Positions 54,011 through 63,998 are shown, counted from the first letter of the stretch. The stretch is 64,000 bases of DNA from Nitrosopumilus sp. (GCA_963662625.1 OY759726.1:160001-224000), one strand, 5' to 3'. Translations and numbers: made by a program. The notes: generated from the sequence alone by a model not told the origin.

Positions 54011-55156
54011 TCATGGGTACGACGCCGCCAGCAGGTCGACGGCTCCCACCATCATTCCTAATTGGCTCAGGCACATCACCGCCGCCATCACCCGCGGGTT
54101 GGCCGGGATCATCTCGGTCCACGCCGTCCTCCACCTCCCCGGGACCCCGACGTCCACGAGCATTGGGAGGACCAGCCCCTGGACCAGCCAATCCTCATTT
54201 TGCCTGAACCTGAGGAGGAAGGATCCCCCGGCGTTCCGCTCCATCCACCTCCTGTTCATGATCGGGGTGGCCTTTTTCGGGGCGTCGAACCTGGTTTTGG
54301 AGTGGTTGATCTTCCTCTCCCCCCAGTGGAGCGTGTCGGACTCCTCCCTGTACGCCCACGCCGCGCACTCCAGCTCCCATGGGACGTCCAGGTCGTACCC
54401 GCGCAGCGCCTTCAGGATGTGATCCAGCTCGGCGGCGCCGTCGTCCACGCCCGGGTCTATCCAGAATGGTTCCTCCAGTGCGGCCATGCGCCTCTGCTGG
54501 CCGGCGTCGATCTTCCACTTCCTGTCCAGCCTGGCCCGTTCCGGCGGTCCCCCCGGCGGCGGGGCGGGGCACGGGGGCTCCCCGTAGGCGATCCAGGATA
54601 TTATTCGCCCGTCGTAGACGTTGCCGTCCCAGAGCGCGGGGATGATCCCCTCCATCCTCCGGTTGGCCGGGACCATGGCGGTCCAGCGCTTCTCCCCCTC
54701 CATCCTGACGGAGAACAGCGAGTCCATCCGAAGGTCGGTCCCCTGGCGCTCCGGGTCGATCGACGCCGTGATCCGGAAGCGGGATGAGGAATGGCGCTCC
54801 AGCCACCCGCGGTTCATGACGGGGAGCTCGCGGCGCCGGCCGTCCTGCTCCCAGGAAAACGTGGGGGAGATCTCCCGCCGCTCCCACTGCCAGTTGTGCA
54901 CCCGCGGGGGGAGGGAGAAATCCAGCGCGCATATCCCTACCCAGTGGCGGCCCATCATGTTCAGCCACGGGTCCTCCCACTGGTTCCACGCCGGCCCGAT
55001 CAGGTCGGGGTGGATTATGCAGTCCCGCGGCGCCGCGCCCCCCGCCTCCCTGGAAAACTCCGCGGTTTCGCCGGCGATCCTGCCCACTATGCCGTCCTCC
55101 AGCGCCTGGATCATGTCGTCCAGATTGATGGTGTGGGGGAAGTCGCGGCCCCTCAC
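54011..55156 (-). CDS. Hypothetical Trp-rich protein with an internal duplicated domain
   Basis: GTGA coupling; PVMNRGWLER...WTAMVPAN repeated as PIMNRRWMER...WTEMIPAN. Confidence 0.65.
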   Translation of the reverse strand: MRGRDFPHTINLDDMIQALEDGIVGRIAGETAEFSREAGGAAPRDCIIHPDLIGPAWNQWEDPWLNMMGRHWVGICALDFSLPPRVHNWQWERREISPTFSWEQDGRRRELPVMNRGWLERHSSSRFRITASIDPERQGTDLRMDSLFSVRMEGEKRWTAMVPANRRMEGIIPALWDGNVYDGRIISWIAYGEPPCPAPPPGGPPERARLDRKWKIDAGQQRRMAALEEPFWIDPGVDDGAAELDHILKALRGYDLDVPWELECAAWAYREESDTLHWGERKINHSKTRFDAPKKATPIMNRRWMERNAGGSFLLRFRQNEDWLVQGLVLPMLVDVGVPGRWRTAWTEMIPANPRVMAAVMCLSQLGMMVGAVDLLAASYP

Positions 55157-55437
55157 AGCCACAGCGCCGCCCGGAGGGGGAGGACGGCCACGTGGCCGCA
55201 CCTGGAGCACGTGGCGGGGACGGTGGCGACGGTGGGCCTCATCGGCTCGTACTCGTGCTCGCATTCCCGGGATGGCGCGGGCGCGTCCCGCGCGGCCCTG
55301 GTCCCCCTGGCCCTGGGGGCCGCCCTGGCCGACCTTCCGAGGGCGGTGGAGCAGTCGTGGGAGCACGTCCTCCGCCTCGACGTGGTCTTGGCGCGGTACC
55401 CGCCCCCGCACACGTCGCACTTCCTGTCCTCCTTCAC
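55153..55437 (-). CDS. Small Zn-finger protein (CDVC...TCSHDC plus CEH...CSRC)
   Basis: GTGA overlaps at both ends. Confidence 0.65.
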   Translation of the reverse strand: MKEDRKCDVCGGGYRAKTTSRRRTCSHDCSTALGRSARAAPRARGTRAARDAPAPSRECEHEYEPMRPTVATVPATCSRCGHVAVLPLRAALWL

Positions 55438-55937
55438 GGCCGCCGCCCCCCGCCGCCGGCGCGCGGCCCGCGGCGTCCGTTCCCGCCCCTGCCGGCGGCC
55501 TGGCGGCCCCGCCCAAGGTGCCAGGATACGAAGTCGAACCAGCTCCTCCCCTCCTCGGCGAACCTTCGGACGTCTATCACGCAGTATGGCACCCCGTGCC
55601 TCCTGTACTCCCTGTTCCTCCTGGCGGTCTTCTCCCTGTTCCTCCCCTTGTAGTGCCAGGCGCCGTCGACCTCGATCACCAGCCTGATCCCCCCGCTGCC
55701 GTCCAGGACGGTGACGTCCGGGGTCCTGACTATCAGCCCGGTGTCCAGCAGGTTCCCCATCCTCCGCGACACCAGGGCGTGGGGGATCCCGTGGCAGAGC
55801 GCCACCACCCTCCCCCTGCACATCAGCAGCGCGTCCTCCCTGCGGATGAGATCCCTGTCGATCCCCTCGGTCTGCTCGAGGTAGGACGCGATCGCCGCCA
55901 GCTGGACGCCGTCCCCGGCGCCCGCCGCCCCCATCAC
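55434..55937 (-). CDS. DUF559/Vsr-like endonuclease
   Basis: TPDVTV...LVIEVDGAWH...RNREYRRHG. Confidence 0.75.
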   Translation of the reverse strand: MMGAAGAGDGVQLAAIASYLEQTEGIDRDLIRREDALLMCRGRVVALCHGIPHALVSRRMGNLLDTGLIVRTPDVTVLDGSGGIRLVIEVDGAWHYKGRNREKTARRNREYRRHGVPYCVIDVRRFAEEGRSWFDFVSWHLGRGRQAAGRGGNGRRGPRAGGGGRRP

Positions 55938-56473
55938 GTCCGTGTCCCCCTGTGGATCATGTCGAGGGTGGGAGCGAATTCCCCGATCCTGCCGGCGTCG
56001 GCGATCCCGTAGAATATCCCCCCGGCCTTCCTCAGGAGCCCGCCGTCCACCAGGGAGCCGAAGGCCACGCTGAAGTCCTTGTCGCTGACCACCTTCCCGT
56101 ACGTCATGGCCAGCTCCTCGCTGGACCTGGCGTACGTCCCCCCGTTCATGGCGTGCGCGCGGGCAAGCGATAGTATCATCAGGGCCAGCGGGGTGATCCC
56201 CAGGCCAGCGGCGGCGCGCATCGCCAGGCCTGAGGAGGTGGCCCACAGGGAGTCGCCGTCCCTGGCCAGCAGCCCCTCCCGCACCGCGATGCACAGCTTC
56301 TCGTCGAAGAGGTTCCCGGCCCCGCCGCGGATCTCCTCCCTGAGCCGCCTCGCGTCGACCACGCCGTCGCCGACCCCCTCCAGGATCCTGGACAGCAGCG
56401 AGCCCCGCCTGGCCCTCCTCCTGTGCCAGTCCGGGGGGAGCCTCCCCCTGTCTGCCGGGGCGGGCGTCCTCAT
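55934..56473 (-). CDS. Putative tandem winged-helix DNA-binding protein
   Basis: Two wHTH-like endings (VREGLLARDGD; LVDGGLLRKAGG); ATGA overlap. Confidence 0.5.
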   Translation of the reverse strand: MRTPAPADRGRLPPDWHRRRARRGSLLSRILEGVGDGVVDARRLREEIRGGAGNLFDEKLCIAVREGLLARDGDSLWATSSGLAMRAAAGLGITPLALMILSLARAHAMNGGTYARSSEELAMTYGKVVSDKDFSVAFGSLVDGGLLRKAGGIFYGIADAGRIGEFAPTLDMIHRGTRT

Positions 56474-57225
56474 CCCCCCCACCGGATCTCCCCGCAGCCC
56501 GGGGGGTGGTACGAGACCTCGGCGGCGGCCATGTCTATCAGGTACCACCTGCCGTCCCTGCCGCGGGCAAAGTCGACGCTCCATGCCGCGCCGCCGACCC
56601 TCCGGGCCACCTCGCGGGCCATGCCGGCGATCGTCGCCCCGGCGGCGGCCACGGCGCGGTTCTGCCACTCCAGTATCCCCCGCCACCCCGGGTCCATCCC
56701 GCGGGCCAGCCGGCCGCCCCTCTCGGCCCACGCCGCGACGGCGTCTGGGACCCAGTACGGGTGGACGCACCGCGGCTCCCCGCCGGAGACGAAGGCCCTG
56801 GCCTCGACGGATATCGGGAGGCGGTCGAAGGCGCAGAACCCGGCGTCCAGGTCCAGCCACTTCCTGAGCACGACGGCGGAGTCCACCAGGTCGAAGCACG
56901 CGTTCAGGTCCAGGATCTCCATCAGGTGCGGCAGCAGCGCCCTCCTGGACGGCAGCCTGCAGGTGCGGCGGAACATGTGCTTCTGGGAGGAGTGGTCCGT
57001 CCGGAGGAACACCGGGTACGGTTCCAGATCCTCGAGCGCCGCGTACAGCTCCTCCGCGTGGGAGCCTAGGGCCCTCTCGCCGTCCATGACCCCCGACAGC
57101 GTGCGGTATGGGATCTCCACGATCCGGGTCTCCGGCTGCGGGATGTCCAGGTCCCTCACCAGCGGGTGCCAGTGCAGCATGCTGCTCCTGACGTAGTGCC
57201 CGGCGAGATCGGAGAGGTCAGACAA
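56470..57225 (-). CDS. ATP-grasp fold protein (R2K-like)
   Basis: YPVFLRTDHSSQKH, EARAFV, HPYW, WSVDFA...WYLIDM. Confidence 0.6.
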   Translation of the reverse strand: MSDLSDLAGHYVRSSMLHWHPLVRDLDIPQPETRIVEIPYRTLSGVMDGERALGSHAEELYAALEDLEPYPVFLRTDHSSQKHMFRRTCRLPSRRALLPHLMEILDLNACFDLVDSAVVLRKWLDLDAGFCAFDRLPISVEARAFVSGGEPRCVHPYWVPDAVAAWAERGGRLARGMDPGWRGILEWQNRAVAAAGATIAGMAREVARRVGGAAWSVDFARGRDGRWYLIDMAAAEVSYHPPGCGEIRWGG

Positions 57226-57376
57226 CGTCGAACCCCACCGGGTTGGGGTGCCCCCTCGGGCACTCCGCGGACACCTGCGTGACCGTGATCCCCCCCTGCC
57301 TCGGGCTTATCGGGGCGGTGGCGGCGCCTATGGGGGACCCGCACGCGTAGCACCTGCGCGGCCTCGTCCTGATCAC
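57218..57376 (-). CDS. 52-aa Zn-ribbon micro-protein (CYAC...CPRGH)
   Basis: GTGA overlap with priL stop. Confidence 0.5.
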   Translation of the reverse strand: MIRTRPRRCYACGSPIGAATAPISPRQGGITVTQVSAECPRGHPNPVGFDVV

Positions 57377-58308
57377 CGGCCGCCCCCCCTCCGGTACTGC
57401 AGCGGGTTCCGGATGCCGCGGCAGCTGTGGTCCCGGCGGCACAGCCCCATGCCCTCCAGCTTCGCGCATCCCTGGGGGGAGTAGCCGGCGCCGTCGATGT
57501 GGGCCACCTGGGCCGCCGTCACCCGCTCCGAGTAGTCCGGGGCGCCGGAGAACAGGGAGGCGACCTCCCCCCTGGAGCGGCCGGCGCGGAGCATGTAGGA
57601 CGCCACCAGGAACCTCCCGGAGTGGTTCAGGTTCTCCCCCCTGGACATCGCGGCCGCGGCGTGTTCCACGCAGGGGGGGATCCCGTCGCTGCCGGCGGCC
57701 GGCCTCCTGGCCGGCCTGGGCGCCATGGCCGCCACCTCCGACGCCGGGCCGGATATGTCGCCCTCCCACCCGCGGTCCAGCCTGACCCCCCGTATCGCCG
57801 ACATCACGGCGTCCGTCAGGTCCGCCCGGAGGAGCCTCCTCAAGTCGGCGCCGGCGAGCCTGACCATCCCGGAATCGACGTCGCGGTTCACCAGCTTCCA
57901 CGCCGCCTCCCCTATCCGGACGGAACGCCGGAGGTACGCCGGGACCGGCACCAGGTACGTCCCGCCCGACGCGGCCGCCCCGATCATCTCCGCGGCGTCT
58001 GCCATCCTCCCGGCCAGGGCGGCCTCGGCGCGCCTCGATTCGCCGAGGGCGAACCTCCTGGAGAGCGGCTCGCTGCCCGCGGCGGAGAGGAGCACCAGGG
58101 ACGCGGCGTAAAGGACGGCCGACTTTGGGTAGATCCTCCCACCCACCACGTCCTGGCCCTCCCTGGACGGCCTGCCGGCCACGCAGGAGGAGATGTTCTC
58201 CACGGCGCCCCTCAGGATCCCCGGGTCGCGCAGCGCCGCCCCCATGTCGAACGAGCCCGCCTTCAGCGACTCGATCGCGCCGAGCGCCGGGTACCTCGAG
58301 GCGTCCAT
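57373..58308 (-). CDS. priL: Archaeal DNA primase large subunit
   Basis: WKLVNR, PPCVEH, GENLNHSGRF, FSGAPDYSERVT, Y...C..L..LC....C..IRNPLQY Fe-S domain. Confidence 0.88.
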   Translation of the reverse strand: MDASRYPALGAIESLKAGSFDMGAALRDPGILRGAVENISSCVAGRPSREGQDVVGGRIYPKSAVLYAASLVLLSAAGSEPLSRRFALGESRRAEAALAGRMADAAEMIGAAASGGTYLVPVPAYLRRSVRIGEAAWKLVNRDVDSGMVRLAGADLRRLLRADLTDAVMSAIRGVRLDRGWEGDISGPASEVAAMAPRPARRPAAGSDGIPPCVEHAAAAMSRGENLNHSGRFLVASYMLRAGRSRGEVASLFSGAPDYSERVTAAQVAHIDGAGYSPQGCAKLEGMGLCRRDHSCRGIRNPLQYRRGGGR

Positions 58309-58309
58309 C

Positions 58310-59866
58310 TCAGGCCAGCGCGTCGGTGTAGGAGCGCGGCACGTAGCGCTTCATCGTCCTCAGCAGGTCCCGGATCCCAGAATCGATGACGTAGGTCGGG
58401 GCCGAGTCCCCCTCCTCCCTGACCGACCTGCCGCACCCCTGGAGGAACCTCGTCAGGGCGGCGTACCTGTACCACACCTGGCTCGCCGCCGCCTTGCGCC
58501 TCACCCTGGGGTCGGACATGGACGGGTAGGGGACCTTGTAGATCACCTGCCACTCCGACAGCCTCCCCCTCAGGTCCACGCCGCTCCAAAGCGAGGGGGA
58601 CAGCAGCACCGTCGGCTCCTCGGACTCGACGTGCCTGGCAAGCTGCTCCTCCCTGGTGGAGTCCCCCCGGGCGAACACGGGGACGAGCCTGTCTGGTTCC
58701 TCGGCGTTCCTGATTATCTCCACGCACCTGGCCACCGAGGTGGCCAGGATCAGCCCCTTCTGCCCCGAGTGCCTCCTCATTACCTCGTTCACCCTCCCGC
58801 AGGCGGCCAGGTGCTCCGAGGGGGTGGTCCTCTCGTTGATCCTGGCGACGTCCAGCATGTGGATCCTCCTGTTTTCGGGGGGGAAGGGGGAGTCGTGGAC
58901 CTCGACGAAGGCCGCGTCGCGCACGTCGATCCCCATGGAGTGGCAGAACGGCTCGGGGGAGATCGTCGCGGACATGAAGAGCTGGCGCGGCGCGTCAAAG
59001 TACGTCCGCGCCACCCCGGACACGTCGGCCATGGTGACCGTCAGCCTCCTCGAGCCGGAGCCGTACCCCGTGACCAAGTTGTCCGGCCTGGCCTCGGCCT
59101 CCCTGATCAGGAGGCGGCACTTTTCGGCGACGAAGGCGTAATAGTTGACGTTGGAGCCGTCCCCCCTGGCGCGGCGCGCAAAGTCGGCGTGTATCGCCCA
59201 GAGCGCGGCGCGGACGGAGTCGACGTCCGCCCTCGGGCCGACTTCGGCGCCGCACTCGTCGAGCTGCTCCCTGTCCACGGTGTGGGTCACGTGCGCCACC
59301 AGGGCGTCCTCGATCTCGTGCGCCTCGTCGCAGACCAGCGTGTCCTTCCTGGCCTTCCCGTGGCGGGCGAAGTGGAAGAAGGAGGCGTAGTTGTACACGG
59401 CGGCCTCGGACAGCATGGCGGTGTACTTTGCGGTGTAGTAGAGGCACGAGTCCGCCGGGCCGCTGACCGTCCCCCCGGGAAGGACGGTGAACTCCGACGG
59501 CATCGGCTTGCGCGTGCATGTCATCTTCTTCCCGCCCTCCCTCCAGGTGCACCTGCCCTGGCTGCATGGCGCGCCCTCGGCCGGCCCGCCGTCGAGTTCC
59601 AGGCACCTGTAGTTTGACTTGCCCATCGCCACCGGCAGGCCCGCGAAGTCGCGGGCGTACTGGTGCTGGAGGAGGCGCTGCCTCGTGACTATCCCCCCTC
59701 CCCCGTGGTGGTTGAGGAACGTCATGGCCACGTGGCTCTTGCCGACCCCGGTGGGGGCGCAGAGTATGACGTGGCGGTACCCGGACTTTAGCGCCTCGGA
59801 GATCCTGGAGATTATCTCGGCCTGCTGGGGGCGCGGCGTGGCGCCGCGGGGGAACGACGCTAGCAT
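58310..59866 (-). CDS. DinG/XPD/Rad3-like Fe-S SF2 helicase
   Basis: PRPQQ, APTGVGKS, GKSNYRC, DEAH, MSAT, GVDL, KVPYP, QGCGRSVR. Confidence 0.9.
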   Translation of the reverse strand: MLASFPRGATPRPQQAEIISRISEALKSGYRHVILCAPTGVGKSHVAMTFLNHHGGGGIVTRQRLLQHQYARDFAGLPVAMGKSNYRCLELDGGPAEGAPCSQGRCTWREGGKKMTCTRKPMPSEFTVLPGGTVSGPADSCLYYTAKYTAMLSEAAVYNYASFFHFARHGKARKDTLVCDEAHEIEDALVAHVTHTVDREQLDECGAEVGPRADVDSVRAALWAIHADFARRARGDGSNVNYYAFVAEKCRLLIREAEARPDNLVTGYGSGSRRLTVTMADVSGVARTYFDAPRQLFMSATISPEPFCHSMGIDVRDAAFVEVHDSPFPPENRRIHMLDVARINERTTPSEHLAACGRVNEVMRRHSGQKGLILATSVARCVEIIRNAEEPDRLVPVFARGDSTREEQLARHVESEEPTVLLSPSLWSGVDLRGRLSEWQVIYKVPYPSMSDPRVRRKAAASQVWYRYAALTRFLQGCGRSVREEGDSAPTYVIDSGIRDLLRTMKRYVPRSYTDALA

Positions 59867-62232
59867 GGGAAGAACGCCCCCATGGACTCCTGCCTGGTGC
59901 CGTCGGCGATGTCCCTGGCCGAGATCCCCATGGCGGGGAGGATCTGGTCCAGCGTGGACGCCAGGAAGTCGACGTACTTTTTGCGGTCCACCGCCGACGC
60001 CGACGCCATCTCGACGGGGACCGCGCCGCCCCTCGTCTTCACGTAGGCCACGCTGTCGCCGGCGCCGAGCCTCGTCCCGGCCCCGGCCAGGGCGTTGGCG
60101 GCGCGGACGTGCTGGGGGAGGGCCTTGGAGTACTCGGCCGGGTCCCTTGACAGGTTCATCCGGAAGGCCAGCTGGTTGAGGGGTATGTCGCCGTCGCGCA
60201 GGACGCCGACGTCGGCCCTGACCTGGTCCCTTATCCTCCCCCTGGCGTCGTCCACCTTCCCGGGTTCCGTGATCCCCGCGAGCAGCGATATCACCCGGGA
60301 GAACGCGGCGGAGATGAACGGCGGGGTGTGGCTCTTCTTCCCGGTGAGCCCCTTGACGTCGGCCTTCCCGTCGGACTTGCGGATCCCGACGTAGTTCTTC
60401 TTCAGCCCGGACAGTATCATGTAGCGGTACTCGCGGTCCACCTCGAGTTCCACCCCGTCGCGGCGGCCCGCCTCCTCGATTACCCTCCCCTTCATGGCCT
60501 CGTCGGCGCCGCGGATGAACACGGAGTCCGTGTCGCCGTACAGCACGTCCACCCCGTTGGCGCGGCAGTATTCCACCAGCCCGGTGATGGCGCGCCTGCC
60601 GGACGCCGTGATGGAGTCGGCCACCGGGAGGTAATACAGGGGGAACGCCTCCATGGCCATCACCCCGTAGCTCGCGTTCATCAGGACCTTGATGGCCTGC
60701 GAGATGGTGTCGTACTGCCTCCCCTTTCCCCCCGGCAGCGACCCGTCCCTGGCCAGCCTCTTGTAGTACCCCACCCTGAGCTTCCTCAGGGCCCCTATCA
60801 GCACCGCCATCATCCCGTTCCGCCTGGAGCATGACCAGTATTCCGTCCCTGGGATCAGGTGCCCCCGGCACTCCGGGTGCGGGCAGCCGACCGTCTCCCA
60901 CGATATGTTGTTGCGCTCGATCAGCCCGGGGTACATGGACGCGAAGTCCAGCACTGTCACGTCCCAGTGCACCCCGGGCTCGGCGTCCAGGACCTTCCCG
61001 CCCTCGAAGCCCGCCCCGGGGGTGGCGTTGCGGGCCCTGCACTCGGACTCCCTCGGCACCAGCATCCCGTTGGCGCGCATGTGGCGGTGCATCATGGAGA
61101 GGATCCAGCGCGAGATCCCGGTCCTGGACAGCCTGTCGATGGGAAGGGACGTTATCCTCGCCAGGATGACCAGCAGCTGCATGACTATGCCCCCGTCGTA
61201 CGCCGACAGGCCGTACGTCATCGCCGCGTCGTGGTGGCAGTACCTCGCCAGGTCTGCCGGGGGCATCCTGGACGCCTCGGAGCCGGACCCGATCTTGGAC
61301 TGCCCGGTCATCGCGCTCGACACCGCGTCCAGCCCGTAGGTGTCGTACCTCCCGGAAAAGGCGTAGTTCTGCAGCGAGCGGTTCGAGAACACCCCGTAGA
61401 GGTCCACGTGGACCGGGCCGTCCACGAGGACCCTGTCGCCGGCGCGGCGGAAGAACCCCCCGTGGGCTATCCCGAGCCGCTCGGCGCGGTTGGCGAGGTA
61501 GGGGACGTCGAACCCGTCCCCGAAATAGCTCAGTATCACCGGGTAGGACCTCAGCACGGAGATGGCGTCGGAGATCATCTCCGACTCGCTCTCGTACCTC
61601 CTCACGGTCACCCCTCCCTCCTCGTAGGTCCCGGCGGGGGACGCCAGCACGAATGACTGCTCCATGTCGCCTGCCGAAAAGGCCACCGCGGTCACCCCGT
61701 GCCTCCCGGACGTGTCGACCCCCTCGGTCTCGATGTCGAACGCGCAGCGGCGGAACTCGGGCACTGGAGCGTCGAGCATGTCGGCCAGCCTCGATATCTC
61801 CATCCCCAGGCCCTCCGAGTCGGGGAGGGCGGAGTCGCCGATCCCGGCCAGCACCTCCGACAGCCTCTCCTGCATCCTGGCGGACTTGACGTGCGGGTGC
61901 GGCCCGGGGGGGCAGCCCGGGGGGCCAGGGACGTACCAGCACCCTGGGATGATCCCGTGGTCGTACAGGTACGACTCGGCGGGGTGGATCGAGCCCTCCC
62001 ACCCGTCGCGGTCGCCATCCTCCCGGCGGAACCTGCGCAAGGAGTCGGTGATCAGGTCCAGCCTCGGCTCGCCGCCGCCGTCCTCCACCAGGCCGTACGC
62101 CGCGTGCCTGCCGGCATCGTGGACCACAGTCCCGGAGTCGGAGTAGAATTTCAGCTTCGCGGCACCGTCCTCCACGTACGCCGAGAGGAGCAGCATCGGC
62201 CCCCCGGCGCCGTGGGGCCGGCCGTGCGTCAT
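59860..62232 (-). CDS. polB: Family B DNA polymerase (PolB1-like) with proofreading domain
   Basis: FDIETE, FDVPYL, YCHHDA exo motifs; DFASMYP, KVLMNASYG, YGDTDS, KKNY pol motifs; ETVGCPHPEC insert. Confidence 0.95.
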   Translation of the reverse strand: MTHGRPHGAGGPMLLLSAYVEDGAAKLKFYSDSGTVVHDAGRHAAYGLVEDGGGEPRLDLITDSLRRFRREDGDRDGWEGSIHPAESYLYDHGIIPGCWYVPGPPGCPPGPHPHVKSARMQERLSEVLAGIGDSALPDSEGLGMEISRLADMLDAPVPEFRRCAFDIETEGVDTSGRHGVTAVAFSAGDMEQSFVLASPAGTYEEGGVTVRRYESESEMISDAISVLRSYPVILSYFGDGFDVPYLANRAERLGIAHGGFFRRAGDRVLVDGPVHVDLYGVFSNRSLQNYAFSGRYDTYGLDAVSSAMTGQSKIGSGSEASRMPPADLARYCHHDAAMTYGLSAYDGGIVMQLLVILARITSLPIDRLSRTGISRWILSMMHRHMRANGMLVPRESECRARNATPGAGFEGGKVLDAEPGVHWDVTVLDFASMYPGLIERNNISWETVGCPHPECRGHLIPGTEYWSCSRRNGMMAVLIGALRKLRVGYYKRLARDGSLPGGKGRQYDTISQAIKVLMNASYGVMAMEAFPLYYLPVADSITASGRRAITGLVEYCRANGVDVLYGDTDSVFIRGADEAMKGRVIEEAGRRDGVELEVDREYRYMILSGLKKNYVGIRKSDGKADVKGLTGKKSHTPPFISAAFSRVISLLAGITEPGKVDDARGRIRDQVRADVGVLRDGDIPLNQLAFRMNLSRDPAEYSKALPQHVRAANALAGAGTRLGAGDSVAYVKTRGGAVPVEMASASAVDRKKYVDFLASTLDQILPAMGISARDIADGTRQESMGAFFPC

Positions 62233-62330
62233 CGGCCCCTCCCGTACGCCATGCAGTAGTGTACCAGGCCGGCGGGATCCGATCCGATCCGGGTGTCGCG
62301 CCGGCACCTCTTGCGGTATCCGGTGATCAT
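62229..62330 (-). CDS. 33-aa basic peptide
   Basis: ATGA overlaps at both ends within the operon. Confidence 0.4.
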   Translation of the reverse strand: MITGYRKRCRRDTRIGSDPAGLVHYCMAYGRGR

Positions 62331-62710
62331 CCAATGCCGCCCCCCATGGCCGGCTCCAGCCTGGAGTCCGGCCCGGCGTCGAGCACCAGCCTCCTGGCCA
62401 TCTTCCTGATCAGCCCCATTGACTCGCGCGAGCGGCGCTCCCGCTCCCGGTCGAGGACGGCGCTGGTCATGGTCGGGTCCGTCACCCACCGCCTGGCGGG
62501 CGCCCTCCTCTTGATCGAGATCCTGGCGGAGACGTCCTGCGGCGCCGGGTGGCGATCGCGTCTCGTGAACCTCGCCCACGCCGTGCTGCACCCCCCGCCG
62601 CACGTCACCCTCCTCGACGGCCTTCCAGGGGGGGACTTGCAGCGGAACTTCCGCCCGCACGCCGGGCACCTGCGCTCCACCCAGAAGCCCCTCCCGACGT
62701 ACCGCTCCAA
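62327..62710 (-). CDS. Small basic Zn-finger protein (CPAC...TCGGGC)
   Basis: Abuts neighbours; family Cys pattern. Confidence 0.65.
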   Translation of the reverse strand: MERYVGRGFWVERRCPACGRKFRCKSPPGRPSRRVTCGGGCSTAWARFTRRDRHPAPQDVSARISIKRRAPARRWVTDPTMTSAVLDRERERRSRESMGLIRKMARRLVLDAGPDSRLEPAMGGGIG

Positions 62711-63115
62711 CTACCTCCCCCTCCTGCGCAGGATGGCAGAGGCGAGTTCCATCGCCAGGCGCTTCCGGGCCTGGCTCCTCCTGGTCGCCTCCCTGCTCAC
62801 CACCTTTCCCCACCCCCCGGCGCCGTCCACCCTCCGGCTCCTCCCGTTGTGTGCCATCGGGTGCTTGATGCTCACCGCCGCCACCCCGTGCATTTTCCTC
62901 GGGAATTTGTAGAGGGAGCATCCCCCGCCGCAGGTCATCCGCCTGTTGGGGTGCTTCGGGGTGTCCTTCACCAGGAGGCGCGCCCCGCAGGTGGCGCAGG
63001 CTATCTCCTTCTCGTACCAGTGGATCTTCTTGGCCGCCCGGCCCCCGCCGGCGCCGGCCGTCCCGCGCGCGGGGGGCGTCCGTGGGGAGAGAACCGCGCC
63101 GGCCGCCGCGATCAT
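62711..63115 (-). CDS. Small basic Zn-finger protein (CATC...TCGGGC)
   Basis: ATGA overlap; tandem paralogue of 62327-62710. Confidence 0.65.
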   Translation of the reverse strand: MIAAAGAVLSPRTPPARGTAGAGGGRAAKKIHWYEKEIACATCGARLLVKDTPKHPNRRMTCGGGCSLYKFPRKMHGVAAVSIKHPMAHNGRSRRVDGAGGWGKVVSREATRRSQARKRLAMELASAILRRRGR

Positions 63116-63369
63116 GTAAGCCCCTCGATGATCCCGGTGATGGCGGCTATCTTCAGCCTGCACCCCCGCAGGTCCGAGGACAGCTCGTCCTGCCATCCCT
63201 TGAGCTCCATCAGGATTGTCGCCATCCTCGCGTCCCGCGCCGATCCTGCCATGGAATCCAGCCTCCTCGAGCCGCTTTCCAGGGCGGCGGCGGCCCGGTC
63301 GATTATCTCCAGCACCTCCCGCATGGTCTCCAGGTCCTTCCCCCGCGGCGTGGCGGCGCCGGGGTTCAC
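63112..63369 (-). CDS. Small coiled-coil protein
   Basis: GTGA overlap; heptad-like helices. Confidence 0.55.
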   Translation of the reverse strand: MNPGAATPRGKDLETMREVLEIIDRAAAALESGSRRLDSMAGSARDARMATILMELKGWQDELSSDLRGCRLKIAAITGIIEGLT

Positions 63370-63998
63370 CGGCCAGCCCTCCCGAGCATCCTCGCGGCCA
63401 TCCTGGCCCGCTGGTGCGCCGCGACGGCGCGGCGGAACCCCGGTTCCATGGGGGCGAACCACCCGGCGGAGTCCCGGTGCGTCGCGTACTCCAACAGCAT
63501 CCTGAGCGCGCCCGCCGGCCTGGATGGGAAGGCGGCCGCGCATCTGGCCAGGGCGAAGGGGGGGTAGTACCCGATGCAGCGCATGGCTCTCCCGTAGCCG
63601 CGGAACCCGTGGGACGAGCCCGCCGGCCTGAGGTGCCTCCCCCGCGCCCCGTCCACCACCTCCACCCTGCGCCCCTCCAGGATCGCGTGGTACAGTGGGG
63701 CGGACTCCCATGCGCAGCTGTGGTTGTAATGCCCCAGCCGCCCGGCAAACCACCCCTGGTCGACCATCCTGCCGCTGCCGCGGGGGAACCCGTGGCTCTT
63801 CCCCGCGGGGGGATCGCCATCCAGCCGCCCCCCGGCGATCACGGCGCCGGCGGCGACGGCCCCCAGCAGGAGCCGGGCGTAATCCCACTCCAGCACGGTG
63901 TCGCCGCCAAGGTGGAGGATGCAGTCGTGCGCCCCGTCCAGGCACCTGTTGATTAGGCCTGGGAGCCTCCTGTAGTCCCTCTCCGGGTGGCTCTCCAT
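63366..63998 (-). CDS. Possible GT2-like glycosyltransferase (probably 5'-truncated by window)
   Basis: LINRCL...ILHLGGDTVLEWDY resembles the GT-A DxD region; GSGRM. Confidence 0.4.
   Translation of the reverse strand: MESHPERDYRRLPGLINRCLDGAHDCILHLGGDTVLEWDYARLLLGAVAAGAVIAGGRLDGDPPAGKSHGFPRGSGRMVDQGWFAGRLGHYNHSCAWESAPLYHAILEGRRVEVVDGARGRHLRPAGSSHGFRGYGRAMRCIGYYPPFALARCAAAFPSRPAGALRMLLEYATHRDSAGWFAPMEPGFRRAVAAHQRARMAARMLGRAGR

Noticed and set aside
53793-54014. Short ORF at the end of the replication operon
   Set aside because: Overlap with the upstream stop is suggestive but the sequence is low-complexity with no motif; not enough support
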